Positions 63,463 through 64,000 of a stretch of 64,000 bases of DNA are shown here, one piece after another; position 1 is the stretch's first letter, and every line of letters starts with the position of its first letter. Made by a program: the position numbers and the translations under genes. The notes below the pieces were generated by a model, which saw only the letters and a program-made list of their open reading frames with translations, ran no database searches and was not told the DNA's origin. Source of the stretch: Phoronis australis (taxonomy: Eukaryota; Animalia; Phoronida); contig NMRA01000057.1 in NCBI GenBank assembly GCA_002633005.1, forward strand, positions 240,836 through 304,835, in the 5' to 3' direction.

Positions 63463-64000
63463 ATTTTTATGCGCCCACATATTTATATGTGGACGCATTA
63501 TGCCGTCATCTCTGTCAGTCCGTCCGTCCGTCCGGGCGGCGTCCGTCCGGCGTCCGCTGCTCTATCTCCAAAATCCTTTGACATACGTTCATGAAATTTG
63601 GCACATGTGTTTCATTCATGAATGGGACGGCATGTGCGAACTTTCGGACGGATCCGACTACCGGTGTGCCCCCTAGTGGCAATTTTAGTTTTTTACGCTT
63701 ACTTTTGTATCTTCAAAGGTCCTGAACGGATTTTCATGAAATTTGGTATGTAGGCAGCTAGTAGTGAGATGACGCTATCCTGCCGTTTTCGGATGGATTC
63801 GACATAGTTTGCGCCACCTAGTGGCCATTTTTACTGTTTTCGAGTCTGTTTTTGTGCTTCCACCCCTCTATCAACCAAACCGCTCAAAGGATGATTGTGA
63901 AAATTGGCATGTATGTGCTTACTATGTAGAGGATGGTTGACGATGATTTTCCGACGATTTCGACTACTGTGGCGCCTCCTAGTGGCAGTTTTGTTTTTTT
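63463..64000 (+). mobile_element. Helentron-associated non-autonomous element (HINE/pearl-like), runs off window
   Basis: TTTTTATGCGCCCAC..GTGGACGCAT subterminal inverted repeat, (GTCC)n microsatellite, then ~145-165-bp core repeats each with TGAAATTTGG and CC(A/T/C)CTAGTGG. Confidence 0.8.

Overview
Animal (invertebrate, probably lophotrochozoan/mollusc; inferred from intron-rich genes and repeat types) genomic DNA with two assembly gaps. Two conserved multi-exon genes lie head-to-head: nucleoprotein TPR (minus strand, ATG 19226, 24 coding exons traced down to 317, continues off the window, one GC-AG intron) and telomere protein POT1 (plus strand, 12 coding exons 33856-46396, ~769 aa, apparently lacking the vertebrate HJRL insert and carrying a long OB2-OB3 linker). 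Between them is a decayed Gypsy LTR retrotransposon (22191-30330) with a zinc-finger exon near its 3' LTR. Downstream of POT1 (~47-62 kb) is a dense, strongly strand-biased patchwork of transposon pieces (Gypsy pol, DUF7869, YqaJ, ISL2EU/Harbinger DDE, BEN, a RAG1/Transib-like transposase fused to IQ and BRCT motifs) with collinearly duplicated anchor segments. It also holds an internally deleted env-bearing LTR element (51972-55439) whose 3' accessory ORF looks like a catalytically altered retropepsin. MITEs, tRNA-SINE heads, minisatellites and a Helentron-type element are also present. All calls were made by eye; no searches were run.
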